Shown here: one piece after another, positions 26,068-34,816 of the stretch
How positions within the stretch are numbered: position 1 is the stretch's first letter
Layout of the letters: every line of letters starts with the position of its first letter
Assembly (NCBI GenBank): GCA_035527955.1
Contig: DATKZN010000345.1
Span: forward strand, 1-47,092
Reading direction: 5' to 3'
Source of the DNA: Gammaproteobacteria bacterium
GTDB taxonomy: Bacteria; Pseudomonadota; Gammaproteobacteria; UBA9214
Length of the DNA: 47,092 nt
Position numbers and translations under genes: made by a program
Notes under the pieces: generated by a model
What the model was told of the DNA's origin: nothing
The model's database searches: none
What the model saw: the letters and a program-made list of their open reading frames with translations, nothing else

Positions 26068-26565
26068 CTAGTGCTGCAGGGGCTTGTTGCCGCTGTCCTC
26101 GGCGTCCATATCCATGTCGGAAATGCGCGGTGCTTCGCCCAGCAGTTCGTCTATGTCGTCACGTATACGCGACAGCTCGGCATACTCGTCGTACTCGTAT
26201 TCGTCCCCCGGCTGTGCTTCAGGGATGTCTCCGGCAGCCAGCGGCTTTGCCGTACGGTGATTGAGCGCTGCGAGCTCGGGGTCGCCGCACAGGTGCTGAG
26301 CCCCCGATGCGAGGTGTTCGTAGACCGAGCGGTAACTCTGGGTCATTTCCTGCACCAGCTCGGAGGTGCGCATGAAATGGTGCGTAACCTGGTCGCGGTA
26401 ATCCCTGAAATTGTCTTTCAGGTGGTCGAGTTCCAGCTGAAGCTGGTGGGTGCGGCCATGCCGGACGACGAGCGTGTAGGTAATGATCCAGCCCAGTGCA
26501 ATACCAATCAGAAAGCTCAGTATCCCGATCGCCCAGAATGATGTTTGGCCGTCCAGCGTTACCAT
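26068..26565 (-). CDS. yhcB: YhcB (ZapG)/DUF1043-family membrane-anchored protein
   Basis: The ATG at 26563-26565 has a ggggga RBS. It has an N-terminal TM (FWAIGILSFLIGIALGWIITY), a coiled coil, then HFMRTSELVQEMTQSYRSVYEHLASGAQHL, which matches the conserved YhcB core, followed by an acidic tail. Confidence 0.75.
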   Translation of the reverse strand: MVTLDGQTSFWAIGILSFLIGIALGWIITYTLVVRHGRTHQLQLELDHLKDNFRDYRDQVTHHFMRTSELVQEMTQSYRSVYEHLASGAQHLCGDPELAALNHRTAKPLAAGDIPEAQPGDEYEYDEYAELSRIRDDIDELLGEAPRISDMDMDAEDSGNKPLQH

Positions 26566-26711
26566 TGAAAATCCCCCGCGCGGTGGTGTTCTGGTGAATA
26601 CCCGGCGCATTGTACTGGATTGGGGCGCATTGATGAACAGCTTGCTGTCGCTATCTGTCGGGGCCTACCTGGATGAAGGTGTTTGTTAACAACAGCATGC
26701 GATTTCCATCA

Positions 26712-27437
26712 TCATGCGAGAGGGCCGGCTGGGTCGCGCGCGCCGAAAATGGAACTGCCGACGCGGACCATGGTTGCGCCCTCGGCAACGGCCAGCTCGA
26801 AATCCTCGCTCATGCCCATGGACAGTTCGCCGAACAGCGCCTCACCGAAGCGCCCGGCGCAGCTGTGTGCGAGTTCGCGCAGGGCGGCGAACTCCGTCCG
26901 GCGTGCGTCCGGCGCTGCGTCCTGACGCCCGATGGTCATCAGGCCCCGCAGACGGATACCGGCCAGCTCCGACTCCAGCAGCTTGTCGACGAAGGGTATT
27001 ACCTGCCTGGCCGGCAGGCCGAACTTGGCGGGGTCACTCGCCACATTGATCTGTAACAGCACATTGACCATTTGACCCGCATCCAGTGCTGCACCGGACA
27101 GGTGTTTCGCCAGCTTCAGGTTGTCGAGCGTATGCAACCAGGCGAATCTCCCGGGTATTGCCTTCGCCTTGTTGGTCTGCAGGTGGCCGATGAAATGCCA
27201 CTCGGTGCGCGGATCATCGATCAGTGCCTGCTTGGTCTGCGCATCCTGCACGGTGTTTTCGCCGAAGCAGAATTGCCCCGCGGCCATGGCCATGCGGACA
27301 TATTCCGCCGGCATGCGCTTGGAGACCGCGATAAGGCGAATATCCTCCGGGTCGCGGCCAGCCCTGGCGGCGGCGGAACCGATTCGCGACCTGATGTCCG
27401 CCAGGCTGGCGGCGATATCGCCGGGCGTGAGTGTCAT
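26712..27437 (-). CDS. yggS: YggS-family pyridoxal-phosphate homeostasis protein
   Basis: IRLIAVSKRMP carries the PLP lysine. FGENTVQDA, HFIGHLQTNKAK and LSMGMSEDFELAVAEGATMVRVGSSIFG are also present. Confidence 0.92.
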   Translation of the reverse strand: MTLTPGDIAASLADIRSRIGSAAARAGRDPEDIRLIAVSKRMPAEYVRMAMAAGQFCFGENTVQDAQTKQALIDDPRTEWHFIGHLQTNKAKAIPGRFAWLHTLDNLKLAKHLSGAALDAGQMVNVLLQINVASDPAKFGLPARQVIPFVDKLLESELAGIRLRGLMTIGRQDAAPDARRTEFAALRELAHSCAGRFGEALFGELSMGMSEDFELAVAEGATMVRVGSSIFGARDPAGPLA

Positions 27438-27453
27438 GCCGGACGGGGAATGC

Positions 27454-28410
27454 TCATGCCGTTACGACATTGCCTGGCTTGCCCTGCCGGAAGGCGCGGA
27501 TGTTGGCAGCCAGCGCGTCGACCAGGTTTTGCCGTGACTGGATGCTCGCCCAGGCGATATGGGGCGTGACGATCAGGTTCGGCAGGGCCGTATCCAGCAG
27601 CGGATTGCCATTGACAGGCGGCTCTTCGGACAGCACATCGACAGCGGCGCCGCCGATCCTGCCGTCCCGTAATGCTGTTGCGAGATCGGCCTCGTTAACG
27701 ATGCCGCCGCGCGCGGTGTTGACCAGTATGGCGTCGTGCCGCATGCAATCGAATTCTTTCGCGGTGATGAGATTGCGGGTCTGTTCCGTGAGCGGACAGT
27801 GGAGGCTGATGATATCCGAACGGGCGAGTAATTCCGTTACTGCAACACGCCCCGCCTGTGCGGCAGTCCCCGGGCGTTGTGCAACCAGCACCTGCATACC
27901 AAAGGCGCCGGCTGCCACGGCCACGGCCTGGCCGAGTTCGCCATAGCCGATGATGCCCAGCGTACGCCCGGCGAGTCCGCGGAACGGAAAATCGAGCAGG
28001 CTGAAACGGTCGGCACGGGTCCAGTCGCCCTCCCTGACGGCCTGCAGGTGTGACTGCAGGCGCCGCGACAGCGCCAGTATCACCATGAAAACGTGTTCGA
28101 CCACCGAGGCGGTTGCGTAGGCGCGTACGTTACACACCGTGATACCCAGTCGCGCAGTTGCGGTCATGTCGATATTGTTCGTGCCGGTTGCGGCCACGCA
28201 CACGAGCCTGAGTGCGGGGGCTGACTCCAGTACCGTGCTGTCGAGTAGCACCTTGTTGGTGATGACGACGGCGGCGCCATGGACAGCTGCGGTCACGTCA
28301 GCGGGCGCTGTCTTGCCACATAAGGTCAACTCGTCAAGCTCGACGTGTAGCCCATCCAGGGAAAGGTCGCCGTCGGTCAGCGTGTGGTCATCGAGAAAAA
28401 CACCGCGCAT
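27454..28410 (-). CDS. D-isomer-specific 2-hydroxyacid dehydrogenase (glycerate dehydrogenase / hydroxypyruvate reductase-like)
   Basis: NAD-binding LGIIGYGELGQAV, with LVNTARGGIV and TPHIAWAS (catalytic His region). Confidence 0.85.
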   Translation of the reverse strand: MRGVFLDDHTLTDGDLSLDGLHVELDELTLCGKTAPADVTAAVHGAAVVITNKVLLDSTVLESAPALRLVCVAATGTNNIDMTATARLGITVCNVRAYATASVVEHVFMVILALSRRLQSHLQAVREGDWTRADRFSLLDFPFRGLAGRTLGIIGYGELGQAVAVAAGAFGMQVLVAQRPGTAAQAGRVAVTELLARSDIISLHCPLTEQTRNLITAKEFDCMRHDAILVNTARGGIVNEADLATALRDGRIGGAAVDVLSEEPPVNGNPLLDTALPNLIVTPHIAWASIQSRQNLVDALAANIRAFRQGKPGNVVTA

Positions 28411-28425
28411 GGTCCGGCTATGTCG

Positions 28426-29004
28426 CTAGTCCTGTATGCCGAGCATCCCGTTTTTCAGGGAACTGCTGACCGGGTGTTCGCCGATCCAGATCTTCAGCAG
28501 GGCACGGTAGAAGACATTGCCCTCGACTGAACCGCGCCATTCATCATTGATGCGTACTTCCGTGCCGATGACGGGATTGTAGTCGATGCGTATGGTATCG
28601 CCCTTGCGGACCGCCTTGAACAGGGCATTGAATTTTTCCAGTTTTCCGGACAATGCCTGGAATTCCGTCGAGCTGAGGTTCTCCCGGAGACCGTCATTCC
28701 AGCCGTCGACGATCTTGTCCTTGCTGACTTCCTTGTAGACGAAATGCATCAGCACACTGGCTGCACCGGTGTCGGCCAGGATGGCCTTGCTGTCAGCCGT
28801 TCCGGCTGGCAGGTACAAGGCGCCAATGTAGATATCCATAAAGAATTTCTTGCGGATTCCCGCCCCGTTCAGTGTCAGTGCATACTCGCTGTTGGGCAGG
28901 GTCAGGGTGTCAGGTATCGCCACATCCCCGACATTCTTCGCAACGGCCGGAACGTAGGCAGACAGCAGGCCAATAAACAATAACACGACAGCATTCGTTT
29001 TCAT
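28426..29004 (-). CDS. Secreted chalcone-isomerase-like family protein
   Basis: Signal peptide MKTNAVVLLFIGLLSAYVPAVA. LTLNGAGIRKKFFMDIYIGALYLP is typical of bacterial CHI-like proteins. Confidence 0.7.
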   Translation of the reverse strand: MKTNAVVLLFIGLLSAYVPAVAKNVGDVAIPDTLTLPNSEYALTLNGAGIRKKFFMDIYIGALYLPAGTADSKAILADTGAASVLMHFVYKEVSKDKIVDGWNDGLRENLSSTEFQALSGKLEKFNALFKAVRKGDTIRIDYNPVIGTEVRINDEWRGSVEGNVFYRALLKIWIGEHPVSSSLKNGMLGIQD

Positions 29005-29029
29005 GACAGTCTCCTGTGGTCGGGGCCGC

Positions 29030-29578
29030 TCACCGCGGGCGCGGCGGGTGACGTATTATATTTTCCACATAAACCGGGAAATGGTTGTTCCTGATGTCGC
29101 TGTAGTACCGTTCAAGTGTACGCCTGACAACCGGAAATGCCAGCGCCTCCCAGGGGATCTCGTGTTCGTCGAACAGCTTCACTTCCAGGCTCTCGTCACC
29201 CGGGCCGAAGACCTCCGATTCCAGCTGTGCGCGGAACATCACGTAGACCTGGCTGATATGCGGAATGCTGAAGACGCCGTACAGTTTCAGGTCGACTACC
29301 CGTGCGCAGGCTTCCTCGAGTGTTTCGCGCGCCGCGGCCTGTTCGGTCGATTCGCCGTTTTCCATAAAGCCGGCAGGCAGGGTCCACAGGCCATAGCGGG
29401 GCTCGATTGCACGACGGCACAGCAGCAGGCGGCCGTTCCACTCGGGCAGGCAGCCGGCGACTATCTTTGGATTCTGGTAGTGAACGATATCGCACGCCTC
29501 GCAGACATGGCGTGTGCGTGAGTCACCTTCAGGGACTTTTTCAACCAGTGGCTGGCCACAGTTGCTGCAATAGATCAT
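29030..29578 (-). CDS. NUDIX hydrolase with an N-terminal zinc ribbon
   Basis: The ATG at 29576-29578 gives MIYCSNCGQPLVEKV...HVCEACDIVHYQNP (four-Cys ribbon). The Nudix box is GFMENGESTEQAAARETLEEA. Confidence 0.85.
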   Translation of the reverse strand: MIYCSNCGQPLVEKVPEGDSRTRHVCEACDIVHYQNPKIVAGCLPEWNGRLLLCRRAIEPRYGLWTLPAGFMENGESTEQAAARETLEEACARVVDLKLYGVFSIPHISQVYVMFRAQLESEVFGPGDESLEVKLFDEHEIPWEALAFPVVRRTLERYYSDIRNNHFPVYVENIIRHPPRPR

Positions 29579-29757
29579 GTGAGTGCCTGTCGGTGACAGG
29601 GTGCAGGAAACAATTCGTTTTGACCATACCATAACCGCTGGCTGTGAGGCAGGGTTGCTGGCATCAGCCGATCGATGTAAAAGGGGCAGAGTCGCTGTAT
29701 GTCACGAGGTGATGTGCCTGCCGTGATGCCGATTCCTGCCTGCCGGAGCTTGCCGTC

Positions 29758-30177
29758 GTGAGACCGTTTTTCGAAACCCATGTCCTGCATTTTTCCTGCA
29801 CCCGCTGCGGTCGTTGTTGCGAGACACCCGGTGATTATTTCGTGTTTCTGGGCGTGCGGGAGGCGGAGCGGATCCGGCTGCAGCTAGGCCTGTCGAGCTC
29901 CTGGTTCCGGCGCAGGTATCTGCGCCGGCTCGAAGACGGGCAGCTGGTGCTGGCGGCGGGTAGCGGCGATCGTTGCGTCTTTCTCGATGCGCAGGGGCGC
30001 TGCAGTATCTACGCGGCGCGCCCCGTACAATGCAGGACGTATCCATTCTGGCCGGAAATTGCCGGCAACCGGCGTGCCTGGCACGGTGAAGGACGCCGCT
30101 GCGAGGGTATCGACCGGGGTGACGCGGTGCCGCTCGGCAAGATACGGCGAGCGGTCAATGCCTGTCTTGTGCGCTAG
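29758..30177 (+). CDS. YkgJ-family cysteine-cluster protein (UPF0153)
   Basis: GTG start. FSCTRCGRCC is followed by CVFLDAQGRCSIYAARPVQCRTYPFWP, the family signature. Confidence 0.8.
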   Translation: MRPFFETHVLHFSCTRCGRCCETPGDYFVFLGVREAERIRLQLGLSSSWFRRRYLRRLEDGQLVLAAGSGDRCVFLDAQGRCSIYAARPVQCRTYPFWPEIAGNRRAWHGEGRRCEGIDRGDAVPLGKIRRAVNACLVR

Positions 30178-30201
30178 CGCTGCGTGGAGCGTGTGAGCCG
30201 T

Positions 30202-31050
30202 TTAGTTGCCCGATTCGAACATCGCGAATAGCTGACCGGCACCGGCCGGTGCATGAATGTCATGGTAGAGACTGGCCAGCTGCATACCCAGCGCCGGTAC
30301 CAGTGGCTCGCCGCGGGTCAGCGTGTCGAATACATACCCACCCAGCAAGGTGCAGGCGAATGTCAGATACAGGCGGTCTACCACCCTCGCCTGTAACAGC
30401 GTACCGAATACCGCCGGTCCGGCGATGGCGTAGATGCTGCGGTAGCCGGCCGCGGCCAGTCGATCCACCATCGCCCTGCCTTCCACCTGCCGACCCCCGC
30501 CTGCACGGATGACTTCAACGCCGTGGTCCAGCAGGATCTCCGCCTTTTTATCGTCTGCGTCCGCACCGGTTACGACTATCAACCTGCGGTTTCGGTAGGG
30601 CTGCAGCGCGTCGGGCGGAATGTCCAGGCTGCCGCTCATGATGGCGATATCGGGTTGTGCCTGCAGACCCTGTTCAATGCGCCAGCGGCGGATATCGGCA
30701 AATGCCGGCTCTCCACCCACCGGCAGGATATCCTGAGCCTCGCCGACGCTGCTTTGACGGAAAAAACGGCCGCTGGTGATCAGGATGTCGGCCTGTCCGG
30801 CGAGTTCCTGGTACAGGCGCCAGTCGCGTGGATTGGTGATCGCCGCCGGGACGGTGTGCGTGGCACGTCCACTCTCGCCCATGGCAATACGGCCATCCAG
30901 CGAGCTGATGAAATTGCTGTAGACATAAGGCACATCGTCCTGCCCGCGGATCTGGAGCAGGTGATTCAGATAGAGGCCTTCCAGTGGCAGGTTTTCATGC
31001 GGTGCCGGATACAGGCGGGTAAGGGTGTCGTGGCTGGCTTGATCGCTCAT
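30202..31050 (-). CDS. RibD C-terminal domain / dihydrofolate-reductase-like family protein
   Basis: Track ORF 30202..31116. I prefer the ATG at 31048-31050 (MSDQASHD). FISSLDGRIA, ADILITSGRFF, RLIVVTG and YAIAGPAVFGTLL fit the RibD_C fold pattern. Confidence 0.65.
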   Translation of the reverse strand: MSDQASHDTLTRLYPAPHENLPLEGLYLNHLLQIRGQDDVPYVYSNFISSLDGRIAMGESGRATHTVPAAITNPRDWRLYQELAGQADILITSGRFFRQSSVGEAQDILPVGGEPAFADIRRWRIEQGLQAQPDIAIMSGSLDIPPDALQPYRNRRLIVVTGADADDKKAEILLDHGVEVIRAGGGRQVEGRAMVDRLAAAGYRSIYAIAGPAVFGTLLQARVVDRLYLTFACTLLGGYVFDTLTRGEPLVPALGMQLASLYHDIHAPAGAGQLFAMFESGN

Positions 31051-31223
31051 CGTGCGGAGTATATCAGCGCGGTTGTACGCTGTCGGCGCGGGCAATTGCA
31101 CCCGCCGTTGCGCCATGCCGGCTATGGCTGCTCATGACAGTCTTGTCCTTCAGCGTCCCAGCAGACAAACAAACGGAGCCCGCAGGCTCCGTTTGGACTT
31201 CAATCGAGCGCGGGTAAACGGTG

Positions 31224-31610
31224 TTATGCGCGCCCCGTTTTGCCCTGGTAGTCCTCGATGGCGGCCTTGATGGCATCTTCGGCCAGCACAGAACAATGGA
31301 TCTTGACCGGCGGCAAGGCTAGCTCTGTTGCGATATCCGTATTCTTGATCGCACGGGCTTCATCGAGCGACTTGCCCTTGACCCATTCAGTCAACAACGA
31401 GCTGGATGCAATGGCGGAGCCGCACCCGTAGGTCTTGAAGCGCGCATCCTCAATAATGCCCTGGTCGCTGACCTTGATCTGAAGACGCATAACATCGCCA
31501 CAGGCCGGTGCGCCGACCATGCCAGTACCAACCTGCTTGTCACCCTTGTCGAACGTGCCGACATTGCGCGGGTTCTCGTAGTGGTCCAGTACTTTTTCAC
31601 TATATGCCAT
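31224..31610 (-). CDS. iscU: Fe-S cluster assembly scaffold IscU
   Basis: The ATG at 31608-31610 has a ggaga RBS. The sequence MAYSEKVLDHYENPRNVG...GAPACGDVMRLQI...FKTYGCGSAIASSS...LPPVKIHCSVLAEDAIKAAI contains all three cluster Cys residues and the LPPVK Hsc-binding motif. Confidence 0.93.
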   Translation of the reverse strand: MAYSEKVLDHYENPRNVGTFDKGDKQVGTGMVGAPACGDVMRLQIKVSDQGIIEDARFKTYGCGSAIASSSLLTEWVKGKSLDEARAIKNTDIATELALPPVKIHCSVLAEDAIKAAIEDYQGKTGRA

Positions 31611-31650
31611 CTCGGTTTCTCCAAATATTAAGCATTGATACAGATAACAA

Positions 31651-32082
31651 TCAGGCAGCGCTCTGCTGGATACCCGAGCCGAACAGCGGTTCCTGCTGCG
31701 AATCTTTCTGGTGCGATTCAACCGCTTCCTCCAGCGTGATGCTGTCGAGGTAGTCGTAGATCCTGTTGCTCAGGTGCAGCCACATCTGGGCGCCCGCAGT
31801 GTTTGCGGTTTCCTCGCGACGGCTGACGTCGTCAACGGTTGCAAGGATGTTCGCAACGGTGATTTCATTTGCGGGCCGTGCCAGGCAATAACCACCGCCA
31901 GGTCCGCGCATGCCCGTAACCAGTCCGTGCTGGCGCAAACGTGCGAACAGTTGCTCGAGATAGGATATAGAAATGGACTGCTGCGCGGAAATGTCGGCAA
32001 GCGTCACGGGACCCTTGTCGTGTTGCAGCGCCAGTTCCATCATTGCCGTGACGGCGTGACGGCCTTTGGTAGATAACTTCAT
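31651..32082 (-). CDS. Rrf2-family transcriptional regulator, IscR-like but without the cluster-ligand cysteines
   Basis: The wHTH MKLSTKGRHAVTAMMELAL...VTLADISAQQSISISYLEQLFARLRQHGLVTGMRGPGGGYCLARP closely resembles IscR. After ...ILATVDD there is no Cys at all where E. coli IscR has C92/C98/C104/H107. Confidence 0.85.
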   Translation of the reverse strand: MKLSTKGRHAVTAMMELALQHDKGPVTLADISAQQSISISYLEQLFARLRQHGLVTGMRGPGGGYCLARPANEITVANILATVDDVSRREETANTAGAQMWLHLSNRIYDYLDSITLEEAVESHQKDSQQEPLFGSGIQQSAA

Positions 32083-32205
32083 GGCTAACCTCAGTGAATA
32101 CGGGACAGCTTGTGTATACCCACCATCCCTGAACCGTATTCATTTTCAGGGGGTGGAAGCGGATTGTTAAATAATACCCGCTTAACAGTTGTATGAATGA
32201 TAGTA

Positions 32206-32230
32206 ATGACCGAGTCTTTTAGTCAAGAAT
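32206..32230. promoter_or_regulatory. Candidate Rrf2/IscR type-1-like operator upstream of the iscR-like gene
   Basis: atgaccGAGTCttttAGTCaagaat matches 20 of 25 positions of the type-1 IscR consensus ATASYYGACTRWWWYAGTCRRSTAT, recalled from memory. It lies about 125-150 nt upstream of the start codon. Confidence 0.35.
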
Positions 32231-32540
32231 TCGGGTTGCTGTTCCGGTACCCAGACATTGATTAACAGATTGAAATATATAATAAACTTTATCCCTCTAT
32301 CCTTAAGGGGATATATGGCAGGGACCAAAATGGGTGGTGAGGCCCGCCGGGGACCTCTCTCAACATCCAGTAAACTGCCAGAAAACTGTTTGATTTACAT
32401 TGGCTTGTTGGTAAAGTGCACGGGAAAAGGGCAATATGGTCCCTCGCCTGGCGGTCAAAGTTCCGTGTTTGCCGCGAGCCCGGGCGGGCACCATAAAACT
32501 GTTAGATATAGTATAAAAATCAACTAGTCAGGAGCGATAT

Positions 32541-32999
32541 ATGGGTTCACAAATCCCCGGTGGCGTCGATCGACGGCAGAGTTCGAGTGAAAACCTCGCG
32601 GCGCTGGTGAGTGCAAGAAACGAGACGCTGGCGCTGCTGACCGATCTGGCTGGCAGGCAGCCGTTTCATCCCGACACGGCCATGGAAAAGGCGCTGCGCC
32701 GGTTTTGTGAGGCACTGATCGACTATACCGCGAGTGCGCACTTTCAACTCTATCGCTATCTCTCTGACAACTGCGAGCGTCGCAAGGCCGTCCTGGCCAT
32801 CGCCGACGAGCTTTATCCGAAAATCGTCGAGACTACCGATACGATTCTGCGTTTCAACGACAAGTACGAAGCGATGTCGCTCGATAACAGTGTCGAGTTC
32901 CTGGCCATGGACCTGTCCAATCTGGGCGAGTGCATTGCCGATCGCATTCATTACGAAGACCGGGTGATTTCCGCGTTGCGCAGCGGCGCCAGGCATTGA
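32541..32999 (+). CDS. rsd: Rsd/AlgQ-family regulator of sigma-70
   Basis: aggag RBS. LRRFCEALIDYTASAHFQLYRYL and LSNLGECIADRIHYEDRVI parallel the E. coli Rsd motifs FCQSLVDYLSAGHFSIYERI and LSDIGEALEARFVLEDKLI. Confidence 0.8.
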   Translation: MGSQIPGGVDRRQSSSENLAALVSARNETLALLTDLAGRQPFHPDTAMEKALRRFCEALIDYTASAHFQLYRYLSDNCERRKAVLAIADELYPKIVETTDTILRFNDKYEAMSLDNSVEFLAMDLSNLGECIADRIHYEDRVISALRSGARH

Positions 33000-33192
33000 T
33001 TGCATTGACACCGGCAATGCCGGGCATGCGTGAGCCGGCCCGGAATGCCATGTCGTCTGTGATGCTCATCACAGTTTCCCGACCAGGCACATGGCAGCCT
33101 GTGGGTCTTGTAGGCTGTTTCCATCCCGACCATTACGTATTTCGGATGAATGCTTGCAGAGAGCAGGGTATTTACTTGCCGGTTAACTGGTG

Positions 33193-33198
33193 TATAAT
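33193..33198 (+). promoter_or_regulatory. Possible -10 element (TATAAT) for the DUF882 gene
   Basis: A perfect TATAAT preceded by TG sits in an AT-rich stretch about 80 nt upstream of the TTG start at 33278. I found no convincing -35. Confidence 0.3.
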
Positions 33199-33277
33199 CA
33201 CCCACTAATTTTACTGGCGATAATAATATCTTTTGAATACAGCTAGTTATCATTGATTTGAGGCAGGAGTCAGTGGT

Positions 33278-33853
33278 TTGCATGAGTCAAAAGATCGAGC
33301 GCGCCAGGCGTTGCTGGCGTCCGCCAAGCGACGCGAATTTCTCCGTATAGGAGTCCTGGCGAGCGCCGCGTTGCTGGTGCCTCCTGCGTTTGCCGGCACG
33401 AAACCGGCGCATGAACGCAGGCTCAGCCTGCACAATACCCATACCGGCGAAAATCTTTCTGCGACCTATTGGGCCGAAGGCGATTTCATCGACACCGAAT
33501 TGCAGGATATCAATACCCTGCTGCGCGATCACCGTTCCGGTGACATCCATCCGATAGACACTGACCTGCTGGACCTGCTGTACGTGCTGCAATCAACAGT
33601 TGGCAGCCGCAAGGCCTTCCAGGTTATCTCCGGCTATCGCTCGCCCGCGACGAATGCCACGCTGCGCAACAAGAGTTCCGGCGTCGCCAAGCGCAGTTAC
33701 CACATGCAGGGCAAGGCTATCGATATACGTCTGCCGGGTTGCGATCTGAAGCAGCTGCATACGGCCGCCCTGTCGATCCAGGCAGGCGGGGTCGGTTATT
33801 ACCCGGGCTCCGATTTCATTCACGTCGACGTGGGTCCGCAGCGCAGCTGGTAA
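33278..33853 (+). CDS. DUF882 / peptidase M15-like (YcbK-type) protein with a Tat signal
   Basis: TTG start 8 nt after a ggag RBS. The twin-arginine signal is SAKRREFLRIGVLASAALLVPPAFA. SGYRSPATNA..., SYHMQGKAIDI and YYPGSDFIHVD are typical of DUF882. Confidence 0.85.
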   Translation: MHESKDRARQALLASAKRREFLRIGVLASAALLVPPAFAGTKPAHERRLSLHNTHTGENLSATYWAEGDFIDTELQDINTLLRDHRSGDIHPIDTDLLDLLYVLQSTVGSRKAFQVISGYRSPATNATLRNKSSGVAKRSYHMQGKAIDIRLPGCDLKQLHTAALSIQAGGVGYYPGSDFIHVDVGPQRSW

Positions 33854-33985
33854 TCCACCGCCAGCGTGCCGCTTTCTGCCGGCAGCCGCGAACCTGTTCA
33901 GGTCCGACAGACCGATCCTTCCATCCATCCGTCGTGTGGTCGCCTTCTGGCTTATACTGCCTCGCGTGTCGCATGGAGGAAGGTG

Positions 33986-34816
33986 ATGTCAGTTGGCAAG
34001 TCCGCTGAGCGGGAAAACATAACAGCATTGCTGGACGTCATGGCCCGGTTGCGCGATCCGGAGTGCGGATGTCCCTGGGACCTGCAGCAGGATTTTCGTT
34101 CTATAGCCCCGTACACCCTCGAAGAGGCTTACGAGGTCGTCGACGCCATCGAGGCTGGCGATGCCGCAGCCCTGCGTGACGAGCTCGGCGACCTGTTGTT
34201 CCAGGTCGTTTTCCATGCCCGGCTAGCCAGCGAGGCCGGCTGGTTTGATTTTCCGGCCGTGGTCGACGCTATCGTCGACAAGATGCTGCGCCGCCATCCG
34301 CACGTATTTGCCGATGCCGTGGTCGAGGATGCCGAAGCCCAGGCCCGGGCATGGGAAGTGCACAAGCGCAGGGAGCGAAGCGCACGAAGCGCACAGGACA
34401 GCTTGCTGGAGGGGATTCCCCTGGCACTGCCGGCGCTGACCCGTGCGCACAAGTTGCAGCAGAAAGCGGCCCGAGCCGGATTCGACTGGCCGGACATCGG
34501 CGGTGTGCTGGATAAGGTAATCGAAGAGCTCGCCGAATTTCGCGCCGAGATCGGGCAGCGGGACAATCGCGCGGCCTTGTTGGAAGAATCAGGTGACGTG
34601 CTGTTCGCGGTCGTCAATCTGTTGCGCCATGCCGGGATCGATCCCGAGGCGGCGCTGCGTGCCGGTAACCGGAAATTCGAGCGCCGCTTTCAGCACGTCG
34701 AGGCATTATGCCGGGCGGCGGGGCAGGACGTGGCCGGTGCGGGACTCGAAACACTGGAGCAATTCTGGCAGATGACCAAGGATGCCGAGCGTGAAGACGG
34801 CAAATATCCGGCCTAG
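33986..34816 (+). CDS. mazG: Nucleoside triphosphate pyrophosphohydrolase MazG
   Basis: The ATG at 33986 has a ggaggaagg RBS. CPWDLQQDFRSIAPYTLEEAYEVVDAI is present, and there are two EExxE/D modules (LGDLLFQV, SGDVLFAV). Confidence 0.9.
   Translation: MSVGKSAERENITALLDVMARLRDPECGCPWDLQQDFRSIAPYTLEEAYEVVDAIEAGDAAALRDELGDLLFQVVFHARLASEAGWFDFPAVVDAIVDKMLRRHPHVFADAVVEDAEAQARAWEVHKRRERSARSAQDSLLEGIPLALPALTRAHKLQQKAARAGFDWPDIGGVLDKVIEELAEFRAEIGQRDNRAALLEESGDVLFAVVNLLRHAGIDPEAALRAGNRKFERRFQHVEALCRAAGQDVAGAGLETLEQFWQMTKDAEREDGKYPA

Noticed and set aside
32258-32527. An 89-aa ORF in the iscR-like/rsd intergenic region.
   Set aside because: There is no RBS, the composition is odd (MINRLKYIINFIPLSLRGYMAGTKMGGEARRGPLSTSS...), and it lies in an AT-rich promoter region. 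It is more likely non-coding.
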